Assembly: GCA_001662655.1 (NCBI GenBank)
Contig: KV460246.1
Reading direction: 5' to 3' (one strand)
Source: Pseudogymnoascus verrucosus
Lineage: Eukaryota
DNA length: 44,118 nucleotides
Position 1 is the first letter of the stretch, and the number at the start of each line of letters is the position of its first letter. Below the pieces are notes generated by a model that worked only from the letters and a program-made list of their open reading frames with translations, was not told the DNA's origin and searched no databases. Below are positions 33,673-44,118 of the stretch, in pieces. Made by a program: the position numbers and the translations under genes.

Positions 33673-34508
33673 ATGGAGGAGCAAATCACTCGTTTGGTAG
33701 ATAAATTAAAAAGTATGCATACCCCGGATATTTAAAGGCCGAGCCACAGCTAACAGACCGCGGCAGACAAGGTCTCGGAGCTCCAACCGGGCTCCCGATA
33801 CCTCGTAGCCATCTCTGGCATCCCAGGCTCTGGTAACTATTCACAGCCTTATCCAACCCATTATGACTACAAACTAACCACACTCACACAGGCAAGACAA
33901 CTCTAGCCTTGGCCATAACCGCACGCCTCAATGCCTCCCACGCCGCCTCCAACCCCTCTTCCCCCCCTTTAGCTGTCTATGTCCCCATGGACGGCTTCCA
34001 CCTCACCCGCGCCCAGCTAAGCGCCATGCCCAACGCCGCGGAAGCTCACGAGCGGCGCGGCGCCCCCTGGACCTTCGACCCGCAAAAACTCCTCGATTTC
34101 GTGCGGGCGATGAAGGACCCAGCACGGGGCACCGTATTCGGGCCGTCGTTTGACCATGCGCTCAAGGACCCGGTGGAGGATGATGTGAGGGTCGATGAGA
34201 GCGCGCGGGTTGTGGTGCTGGAGGGGCTGTATCTGAGTCTGGAGGTGGGGTTGTGGGGGGAGGTGGGGCGGGAGATGGATGAGCGGTGGTTTGTGGATGT
34301 GGAGAGGGAGGTTGCGACGGGGAGGGTGGTGGAAAGGCATGTTAAGAGTGGGGTTTGTGCGTCCAGGGAGGAGGCGGTGGAGAGGGCGACGGGGAGTGAT
34401 GCGTTGAATGCGGAGGAGATTATAGCGGGGAGGGGGGAGGTGGAGGAGGTTATTAGGAGTGTGCAGGATGAGAAGTGGGCGGGGTTGAATGTTGAGGATG
34501 ATGAGTAG
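33673..34508 (+). CDS. YFH7: P-loop kinase, phosphoribulokinase/uridine kinase family (YFH7-like), 3 exons (introns 33713-33766, 33833-33891), 240 aa
   Basis: Spliced Walker A ISGIPGSG|KTT, then PMDGFHL, RRGAPWTFD, PSFDHALKDP and EGLYL. Confidence 0.88.
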
Positions 34509-34611
34509 GGAGGGTGCAGGGCGCGATATTAGACGGTGTTTCACTACCAAGGCTATCGTAGATGAAGCGATATGATATTTATTGGAATTCGGGGTATCAG
34601 TTTCAAAGGGG

Positions 34612-35844
34612 TTACTTGCTCTCGGATTCGGCACTACGGAGTAATCGCAGGACGTCAGAGACAAGATATAAACTCCCTGCGATAACCAGGGGCCCACCTG
34701 CAGCAGTATCAGCCGCCCAGCGCAGTGCTCCCGAGACATCGCTGCCAGCGTCATGCTGCTGTGAAGTTTCCACACCAGCGCTAGAAATACTGCTGAGGAT
34801 ATCCTTCGATGACATTGGTTGTACCCACGGCATCCCATCAACGGCCCCGAACTCAGTCGTCACCACGTTGTCGCCAGGCTGCACAAGGGGCTTCAGAATG
34901 TTATCGAGCTCTTTCCCAGCTGATGCGGCGAGGACCCATGTCACTCTAGAGGACTTTGAGCGCAGTTTGCGATCGACGAAAGCTCCGAGGGCTGCTGCTG
35001 ATTGCGCATTGTGTGCGCCATCCAGTGTAGTCAGCTCCTGACGTCCGGTAATGGCGCCGATTCCTATTTGTTGCAACCTTCCCGGCCATTGCAATTTCCG
35101 TACAGCAGGCAGGATCTGATCCAAGGGGGGGTTGGGGTTCCTGGTTGCTATCTGAAATGCGTTGTATGCGCACGCAAGATTATCCAACTGGTGCGGCTCG
35201 AAATTAGCTTCTGATATCTCTTTAGCGACTTCAGAACCCATTGCGCTCAGAGCGACCTTGGTGCCAATGTCCCGAGCATGCTTTTCCACTACTTCCCTCA
35301 CAGAAGGGGGGTTGGTGCTGTCTAGCACACAGGGTACTCCTGGTCTCATGATGCCTGCTTTTTGCAGTGCGATTTCTTCGAGAGTATTTCCCAGGAATGA
35401 CTGGTGGTCAATTCCCATCTTGGATATGACAGTGACAGCTTTATTCTCTAGGATATTTGTCGCATCCAGTCTCCCACCCAACCCAACTTCTATCACGCCC
35501 ATCTCGATCTTCTCTCGCGCAAAGATTTCGAATGCAGTGGCGGTCAAGAGCTCAAATTCAGAGGCACCAATCCCCTCATCCTTGTTCCGGTTGTTGACCA
35601 GGCGCTCAGCCTCGAGAAATACCGACTCCTGCACCGCCTTATCGTTGATCGTGATGCAGTCCCACCTGTCGATGAGATGCGGGGATGTGAAACGGCCGCT
35701 TCTGACGCCGCTTGCCTGTAGCATGGCGGAAAGGTACGCGCATATTGTCCCCTTCCCATTGGTACCCGCGACGTGGATCGCCTTCCAAGTCTGAGGCGTG
35801 TGTTGAACCAGGCGCGCAATGCGCATCAAGCCAAGCTCTATCAT
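34612..35844 (-). CDS. FOL3: Dihydrofolate synthetase (FolC family), intronless, 410 aa
   Basis: MIELGL.RI..L, IHVAGTNGKGT, FTSPHLIDRWDCI, EVGLGGRLDATN, WPGRLQ, DGAHN and GSLYLV. Confidence 0.92.
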   Translation of the reverse strand: MIELGLMRIARLVQHTPQTWKAIHVAGTNGKGTICAYLSAMLQASGVRSGRFTSPHLIDRWDCITINDKAVQESVFLEAERLVNNRNKDEGIGASEFELLTATAFEIFAREKIEMGVIEVGLGGRLDATNILENKAVTVISKMGIDHQSFLGNTLEEIALQKAGIMRPGVPCVLDSTNPPSVREVVEKHARDIGTKVALSAMGSEVAKEISEANFEPHQLDNLACAYNAFQIATRNPNPPLDQILPAVRKLQWPGRLQQIGIGAITGRQELTTLDGAHNAQSAAALGAFVDRKLRSKSSRVTWVLAASAGKELDNILKPLVQPGDNVVTTEFGAVDGMPWVQPMSSKDILSSISSAGVETSQQHDAGSDVSGALRWAADTAAGGPLVIAGSLYLVSDVLRLLRSAESESK

Positions 35845-36422
35845 ATTCCAGCTGCTGTCGCTCGCATTTCGAGCAAACGAAACTTAGAATTCACCTCCGA
35901 GTCATCGCAGTCGCCAAGATACCAGGCTGCTGTCGTCGTTGTTGCAGCTGTTGCGGTGCTGCTGGTTATATTTCAGACGTGAGTCAGTATCTCTAGAGCA
36001 CTGAGGTCGTATCAATCTATAGAATCGATGATGATGTTCCTGAAATATTTTAGCGCGAGTCCTTAGCGCGATTTCGGAACAAAAGCCACAGGTACAACAG
36101 GGTACTTTTAGTGCTCTACTGGAGCATTGTTACCTCGTGGGGGCGCACGATCTGATTGGCTGAGGAATTGTGTCACCCCGTCACGCTTGGCTTTCCCTCC
36201 GATCTCCAGACATCGCCCGCCCGCCTCCCCAATAATCCGTCGCTTCAGGCATTATCTCATCTCAAAATCAATTGACGCCGTCGACCCCGACGTCTAAGAA
36301 TATTATTTGAAATCTTTTTGAATCTATCGCGATTTCTATAACCTCAATTCGCGACCGTCCTTCACTCCAGAAATCCAAACTCTTGTCGAACTCTACCCCA
36401 GAGTTGACGCGCCACATCTGAC

Positions 36423-37900
36423 ATGGGCCTGCCGTAAGTTGCCTTCGCGATTAGCCCCAATCAACACGCTCTACGGTTGCTAACATGAATTCGCCAACAG
36501 ATTATTCGTAACGCCTGCTGATAACGGGATATCGCCGAGGCCTGGCGACAAGGAAACTTCCAATGAGCGAACTACCATTCGGAGACAACGCCCCGCCCGT
36601 CGGGGGCGCACTATCTCCAGCAGCGAGCGCCTGCGAGAGCACTGGGTCCGAAATGGAGGCAGATTCTCTTTCCAGGAGCCACCGAGCATAACTTCGCAAA
36701 TGGAAGAAAGCGCTGCCGCTGCTTTAGAAGAAAGAATCACCAGGACTACCATGGAGGAGCGCCGCCGGCGCGCGCAAATGCAGGGCGCACCCGTCGCGAT
36801 TCCTTCCCCTTGGGCCGACCGTTCCACGCCCCCTCTACCTTCATCAACGACAGAGAACCCTGCCCCCCGCGTCATGCCGCCGAATCCTTGGGGCTGGAAC
36901 TCGCAACCCGATGGACCACTTCTTCCTCCAGCGCCAGAGTCTCCCCCTCTATTCGCGGCCCGGGCAGCTTGGAGGAGTGCGCCATCCAGAGGATTTACCC
37001 AGCGAGTAGATATCCAACAGCTCTACAATGATCGTGCACACGCCCGCCGCGCAAGGATTGCTATTGCCGCCCGGAACCACCCTTCGAGAAGCATAAGGCT
37101 GTCTGTTGCTGAGCAAAATGCATTTCTAGAAGCACAGAATGAGTTGCTGAATTCCCTGACGGAGGAACAATTGATGGCTTCGGATGCTGACCCTTTGGGG
37201 ACGCCGCCTCCTTGGATGAACAGCTCAATCCTATCCCAGGTCAGTCCGCCATACTCATCGATATAATTTGGTTTTCTAACGTGACATCTAGCTAAGAGAT
37301 GAACCAAGTGCAAGCGCAAATGCCTTGCCGCCTTCAGAGAACAACTCTACAGAGAGGCGCCGGTTCCGTCTACCACGCGTCGATGGCCTTGGCGACCGTG
37401 AGCGAAGCTTAAGCCCTGACGGAGACGGAGCATGGGACACTTTGCTCACAACCATCAGTCCCGATCCCCAACCGCCAAGTGCAGGGTCGTCTTTTGCATC
37501 GACGTCCGCCTCTGAAGCCGCCTCGTCGGTACCTACTTCCACGTCTTCCGCTACATCAATAGGACCACCGATAGAAATCGACTACGGTGCCTCGTTCGAG
37601 AACATTTGCGAGTATGTTGAAGCTAATTCGCCATCATCGGATCCAGACGAGGAGGAGCAGGAGATGTTGGATTTTTTTGATGCCCGTGAAGCTGGAGAGC
37701 GATTCTGGCGTGGCTACACAGATGTTGTGGCAGCGCGAGCTGACCGAGTCGCTAGACACGCGAGTCAAGCTGATGGGGAGAGTATGGGAGGCATGCAACG
37801 CATTGTCCGGCGACTGGCTCGCAGACAGGACATTCCAGATGAGTGGTGGGCAGAAGTTGGGCTTAGCCGGACTATTCCTCACGAGCTGGTCCAGTCATGA
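36423..37900 (+). CDS. Hypothetical, largely low-complexity protein, 3 exons (36423-36433, 36501-37239, 37292-37900), about 452 aa
   Basis: 11-nt first coding exon MGLP|LF. Blocks DGLGDRERSLSP, WDTLLTTISPDPQPPSAGSSFAS and GGMQRIVRRLARRQDIPDEWWAEVGL resemble a conserved Pezizomycotina family. Both introns are canonical and in phase. Confidence 0.85.
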
Positions 37901-38853
37901 TAAAAGCAGGAAAAGTCTCACTTTTGTTGAAATAGGGGAAAGGGCGCATCGCTGATATTCTCGCTTCTGGGGTGTCCAGGCCATGGGCGGCGTTAGAGAG
38001 GAGGAAGTTCCATTATGGAGGCGAAGATTTGATATCACGGTCAACAACGTATGTAATACACATGTAAAGTAACTTGCTTTAACTGCAGAAAAGCACGATA
38101 TCCACGGCGACCTCTCGTTATTATAATAGCTTAGTTACTTCGCAGACCAGGGGAAGCTGGTACTTGCCTTGGTTGTACGATAGCCGACATCTTGCATCAT
38201 TAATTTTAAGCAGATAGAAGGTTATCATAAATGGACACTCAATTCCACTGTGAAAACAAACTTTATAGAAAACTGCAGCTTACTTGAGTTTGTGTATCTT
38301 TCAATTTCTCGAGTCCTTTGATATTATCCCCAGAGTGTATTTGTGTGGTTATCCCTTGGCTCCACTTCGGCCTCCGGATTAACATGTATGGGTCACGACC
38401 ACGATCAGAGGACCATCCCTTTTCGGTAGACGCAAGCCACATCCTCAGCCTTACCTGGTGAGACCCCTGCAACCAAGTATACTGGCCGTTTGCCAGCTCA
38501 ATTTCGGAATCCAGCTCGTACAGACCGGCCAATGCGACTGACTCCCTAACCGATCCTCCCATAGCCCTTCAAGCTTGAGGCTACGACCACCAGACCACGA
38601 AATCCCACGACAAGAGCCCGAAGAAGCCGTGCGTGCTCCTCCAAGACGAACTGCCCCCGATCCCGTCGATACAGCCGCGACCCTTGCCTATAAGCCGGGC
38701 CCCTCCTCCGAACTGCCATAGGTGAAACGCAAAGACGAGTTTCGTGGATAGAGGACTGAGGCAGGGCAGATGATGTGATGAGACGTTCTCCAGCACGGCT
38801 TGCTTCGTTTCTCTCTACCGGCATACAATAGTGTTGCTGCCACCGCGAGACGC

Positions 38854-41800
38854 ATGGTCATGGTTTCCCATGCGCCATCGTCAGGGGAGCGGCAGGCGAA
38901 CGGCAGAGCTGGGGCACAGGGACGCGGAAATGGAAGAGTCGAGAGGGCACATGGGACACCGAGGAAGGAGGGTGCGGTGAAGGAGAAGGCGGTGCAGGAT
39001 CCCGGGTTGAAAGACTACGTGAGTTTCGGCGGTCACACAACAAGGGCATATATGGGCATTGTCTGACTTACTGTGCTTTCAGCGTTTAGGAGAGTGTCTC
39101 GGAAAAGGCGCGTTTGGGTCGGTTTATAAAGCATTCAACTGGGGAACTGGGGAGGCGGTGGCCGTGAAGCAGATCCGTATTGCGGACTTGCCCAGGAGTG
39201 AATTACGCAACATCGAGGTATGCTCAGAAGTGACTATGCCTCAGACTGAGCTGACATTAGCAGGCCGAAATCGATTTATTGAAGAACTTGAATGTAAGTC
39301 TTTGTCCACGGTGGCTTTCGTCCCTGTGGACGGCAAGGGCCGAGCCGGTACTAACTGTCTCAGCATGATAATATTGTCAAGTATCTGGGTTTTGTGAAGT
39401 CGCCAGAGTGTTTAAACATCATTCTCGAGTAAGTCTTGTTGCTCAATTGGCCATAAAACGCTTTCTAAATATGTTAGATATTGTGAGAACGGCTCTCTGC
39501 ATTCGATATGCAAGAACTTCGGAAAGTTTCCCGAGAACCTGGTTGGAGTGTATATGGCACAGATACTGCAGGGGCTCCTTTACCTGCATGACCAGGGTGT
39601 TATTCACAGAGACATCAAAGGTGCCAATATTCTGACCACCAAAGATGGGAAGGTAAAGCTTGCGGACTTCGGTGTGTCCACGAGTACACTGGCCGCAACT
39701 GGAGACAAGGAAGCTCAAGTTGTAGGCACGCCTTACTGGATGGCGCCAGAAGTTATCCAGCTTTCAGGGGCAACTACTGCTTCTGATATATGGAGCTTGG
39801 GCTGCACTGTTATTGAGCTTCTGGAGGGAAAGCCACCGTATCATAAGCTTGCACCAATGCCTGCATTGTTTGCCATTGTCAATGACGACCATCCTCCTCT
39901 TCCAGAGGGTGTCTCTCCTGTAAGTTGCTCAATCCCTCATACGTTGTTGAAGTTTCTCACGGCGAGTATAGGCGGCCCGCGACTTCTTAATGCAATGCTT
40001 TCAAAAGGATCCCAATCTCAGAGTTTCAGCGCGCAAGCTACTAAAGCATGCATGGATTGTGGGATCTCGTCGAAGTGATGCGCCGATACCTAAGCCTCCA
40101 GCGAACTTCAATGAAGCCGTTGAGGAGGTTAAACAATGGAACGAAGCTCTGCGATCTCCGAACAATGGATCTTTGAAGACGTCTACCAGGTCAAGTGTTG
40201 CAAGCCCTCTTCCACAAAGAAGAGATGCCCCTTTGAGGAATGTGCACAACGAGCAACAACCGTCTGCATTGGGAGTATCTGCCAAGGGCCCCTTAGTATT
40301 AGCAAAGCCTCGGATTTACGCTGAGGCTTTTCGGTCTCCTGAGGCAATCGGTAAGTTGCTTGTTTACTGCCTCGCCTACTCCCACTAATAATATTTGAAT
40401 AGGTGATGATAATTGGGACGATGATTTTACCACATCAATCTCGCCAAGCTCTCTCCACCTTCCACACCTCAAACCACACGACAATTTCGGAGGATTGTTT
40501 TCCTCAGACAAGTTGAAACTGCTTGCTTCTGCTGACATGGGATTTGATTCCGGCAGTGATAACTGGGATGAAAATTTCGAAGGCGATTTGATTACTATCA
40601 AGGGACCTCGCCGCTTCGCTGAGCCTGACTATCAAGAGCTCGAGACCATTCGCCCTTATCCTATCAAACCAAAGACGAACCACGATCTGAAGCCTCCCGC
40701 TCCTACAAACCTAGTTCGCAAGCGTTCCATGACGCTCCCTCAACCCCCGAAGACAGCTAACAAAAACCAACCTACTTCTAAATTTGCCTTGCCTGCGCGA
40801 CCAGCAGCGTTGTTCCGGGAACAGACTATCGAAGATTATTCTGACCTCTATTTCGAGAACGAAAGCGTGTTTGATAGAAGGATGAGTGCTACAAAGGTAA
40901 CTTTCTACTTTGAATCATACGTATATGTTCTAAGCATCACTAACGGCCATTCAGGACGACTTGCTTTCCCCAAAGCTATTTCATCCATCTGACTTGACAC
41001 GCGCACCGAAATCCGGTTCGCCCGTCATCGGTGGGAGTGTCAGGAGACACATTACGCCACGACAAGATGTAGACGAACTGTCTATTCGACGCGCAAACTC
41101 TTCCGTTGAAATCCAACGTTATGCTGAGGATGAAGAGGATGAAGATTTCTCTGCTTTGTTCGCGAACGGCCCCGCCGTCTCAGAGCGCGATGTATCCGAT
41201 CTTGGCTCTGAGGATGGCGCACTGATGCTTCACTCGAAGCTTTCAAACAACTCCTGGCTTGGAGATGAGGATGATGAAGATGACCCATTCGCGTCCTTAG
41301 AGCAGGGCTTCGATGAGATGGACCTGCAGGCAAACATTGCGCGCGACAAACACGCGCGTCTTTCTACCTTGGTAGAGGGCTTGATTAGCTCGCTGAAGAC
41401 AACTACTGGCGAGGAAATCCTGACTGACAAGTCCGAAGAGCTACTCGATGTTCTATACGAATCTCCAGAATCGAAGGCCATGATCATCAGCGCTCATGGT
41501 ATGCTTCCAATCCTTGAGATCTTGGAGCCATGTACCGTCAAGACTCGCGAAAGCTTGATTCTCTGTCTCCTGAAGGTTGTAAATGCCATCATACTCGGCA
41601 CTGTTGACATCCAAGAGAACTTGTGCTTTGTCGGAGGCATCCCAATCATCACCAAGTTTGCTGCTAGACAATACTCAAACGAGATCAGACTCGAAGCTGC
41701 AGCTTTTGTCCGCCAGATGTATCAGACATCTACCTTGACACTTCAAATGTTTGTCAGTGCCGGTGGTCTCAATGTTCTGGTTGAGTTTCTAGATGAAGAC

Positions 41801-43569
41801 TACGACGAGGCTCGAGACCTTGTCCTGATTGGTGTCAATGGCATTTGGAATGTATTTGAGCTACAGGTAAAGAAATATCGCTCTCGTTTTGGAATAACAC
41901 AAGCTAATGAAGCATATAGGGGCCAACTCCAAAGAACGACTTCTGTCGCATATTCTCCAGGAGCAAGATCCTCTATCCTCTTTCTTTGGTCCTTAACAGG
42001 GTCCTGGATGAAGAAGGAGAAATCCCCGAACTCATTGAGGGACGCATTGTGAACATCTTCTATCTATTCTCTCAAGCTGAGAACTACGTCAAAGAAGTTG
42101 TTGCAAATCGCATAATGCTCAAGGGTGTCTTGAAAGATCTTCGCCGAATGTCCCCGATTCATCAGATCACTATGCTCAAGTTCATCAAGAACTTGTCCAT
42201 GTTGTCCACGACACTGGATGCGTTGCACTCTTCGAACGCCATCGAACTACTCATTGATCTCCTTGGCTCTAGCAGAAGGAGGAACCAAGTTCATTTCCGA
42301 GAGATCTGCAACCAGGTCCTAAACACAATGTATAACTTGTGTAGGTTGAGCAAGGTTCGACAGGAAGACGCGGCAGTAAATGGGATAATCCCACTGCTCA
42401 AGAAGATCATGGAGGGCGACAGACCACCAAAGGAGTTTGCACTCCCAATCTTGTGTGACATGGCTCACTCTGGAAAGGTTGGACGAAAGTATCTGTGGCA
42501 AAACCAAGGTCTTCAGTTCTACATCTCTTTGTTGGCAGACCAGTATTGGCAGGTTACGGCGTTGGATGCCATCTTTATATGGTAAGTACAAAGGATTATA
42601 TTCAATACATTGTTACATTGTGCTAATCGTACTAGGCTCCAAGAAGAGACAGCTCGAGTCGAGAAATGCCTTCTCGATGGTCATTTCACAGAAGCAATCG
42701 TCAAATGTTTCAACACTCCGAAGGCAAACAACTTCGACTACAACCTACTCGAGCCACTTCAAAAGCTTCTTCGACTGTCACCACCAGTTGCCGCTTCACT
42801 CGCCCGCTTTGATATGTACTCCGGTATCCTTCAGAAGCTAAACCACAAAAAGGCCGTCATCCGTCTCAACTTGCTGAGGATCGCCCGCAGCATCTGTGAA
42901 CCAAGCGAAGAATGCGAGCAGGATATCAGATCCCACCATCTCTTCGAAGCCATTGAGGGATTGGCAGATCACGATGGTGCAGTGTTGGTGAGAAACATGG
43001 CAAGCGAGCTTGTCAGGTCCACGTTTGAGACCACAGGTGTCCGTGAACAAGACGTGCACAGCAGTGCCAGCAAGAGCCGTAGGAACGTTAGAAGGCAGAG
43101 CTCGTTTCCTACGCCGAGCCAGAGAATGGCGAGCCCCACTACTCCTACACACGGTGGCCGTGCCAATATCAGCTTTGGAACCTTGATGGATTCGTTCAAC
43201 TCACCAAGGCGCCCTGGTCTGAGTGGAGAAGGCCGTTCTCGCCCAAGCAGCAGGGATGGCCCACAGATGCTGAGCAAAATGGCAAGTTCGGAGTCTATGG
43301 TTGGGACTCCTGTTATCAAGAGCCGCCTTCCTAGGACCTCAGCTGCGTTGAGAACTTCCAGGGCATCCCTGGCTGGACCCATCCCACGGGATTCAAGGGT
43401 TGAGCCAACATTCAGCCCCAGGAAGAGAGGAGACAGCGGTGGAAGCCTGACCAGCAGCAGCAGTGGAGGGAGGGTCAAGAGCGACCCGAAACAACCAAGT
43501 GCCAGTATGAGCCACCTGGTGTCAAAGAGAAGGCCAAGGGCCCCAAGCGGCGACATCAAGTGGTCTTAA
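38854..43569 (+). CDS. sepH: Septation initiation network kinase SepH (S. pombe Cdc7 / S. cerevisiae Cdc15 family), 10 exons, about 1405 aa
   Basis: [27 protein letters not shown] and GTPYWMAPE, plus an ARM-like C-terminal region ([33 protein letters not shown]). Introns: 39019-39082, 39218-39263, 39294-39363, 39429-39477, 39920-39971, 40351-40402, 40897-40954, 41867-41919, 42582-42635. Confidence 0.95.
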
Positions 43570-44118
43570 ACCGGGAAAACTCGATGATAGCTCCAGCGGC
43601 ACAATCTGCTGGCTAGTTATCATGTCGAAACCAAAAGCAACAATTCGGAATATGGGAGCGGATGATGCTCCCATGGGTCTGGTGGGTATAATTGTTTTTA
43701 CGCCATGTTCGCCAGGGGCGTTTGTATTATGGGATACGCTTTTTGCTGCATAGATAGCGGAGAGGGACGGGGATGGATGGCCTCAGTGTTATGGATCACA
43801 GACTTATGGATCAGAGAAACTTGTTATGCCGGTGTCTGTTCAAGCAAAAGACGCAATGAGATTATAGGAATTAGCTAAACAATCCTATAATAAATGACTA
43901 TTTAAATTCAATCTTTCGATCTCACAAGGGCAAGTAAGAATCATGTTTTGGGGGCAAGTCCTCACTAGGAAGATGTAGCTCAGCCAAACCAGGAGAGGAC
44001 AGAGCATATTCATTACTTGACCAAGTCATATACTGCGCACATATAGACCTCTGTCCGTTCTTAAGCATTTATAGAATATATAACCTACGTGTATTTATCC
44101 AGTGTTGCCCGAGTACTA

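Noticed and set aside
34017..35794. Long antisense ORFs over YFH7 and FOL3 (similar ones over PTH2, MFS, TatD, sepH)
   Set aside because: Shadow frames expected from GC-rich codon bias, with no independent motifs.
15455..35844. Cofactor gene cluster (NAD, sulfur, CoQ-related, folate)
   Set aside because: The pathways differ and unrelated genes are interspersed, as expected in ordinary gene-dense DNA.

Overview
Eukaryotic DNA from a filamentous ascomycete. Evidence: short GT-AG introns with CTAAC/CTGAC branch sites and Pezizomycotina-type genes. The composition recalls a Leotiomycete such as Pseudogymnoascus, but that is inference. All family assignments come from motif recognition, with no database search. 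I rebuilt spliced models by hand for a run of conserved genes: PTH2, steroid 5-alpha-reductase-like, POF1-like nucleotidyltransferase, DHA2 MFS pump, CHL4/CENP-N, Aurora kinase, the MetR/CYS-3 bZIP, TatD, an ABC1/ADCK kinase, a small conserved protein, a YFH7-like P-loop kinase, FOL3, a conserved hypothetical and a 10-exon SepH/Cdc7 kinase. Two accessory stretches interrupt them. The first (1-4.5 kb) holds a secreted TolB-like 5' end, a decayed relic, an SDR pseudogene and a secreted carboxylesterase. The second is a mosaic island at about 7.35-15.1 kb. It holds a gene built from a duplicated Cys-rich zinc-finger exon+intron unit, a pogo/Fot1 transposase remnant and an intact HET-domain gene lying between 158-bp inverted repeats. 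It also holds an unknown gene and a chitinase-like fragment between palindrome-containing direct repeats, and an intronless 3-hydroxyacyl-CoA dehydrogenase. The strongest candidate for an undescribed regulatory system is the 1,500-nt metR intron, which has a structured 5' half, a microsatellite, a promoter-like 3' half and an in-frame ATG just before the acceptor. The repeat-bracketed cargo in the island and a divergent Aurora kinase with an apparent exon-1 frameshift are also worth follow-up.
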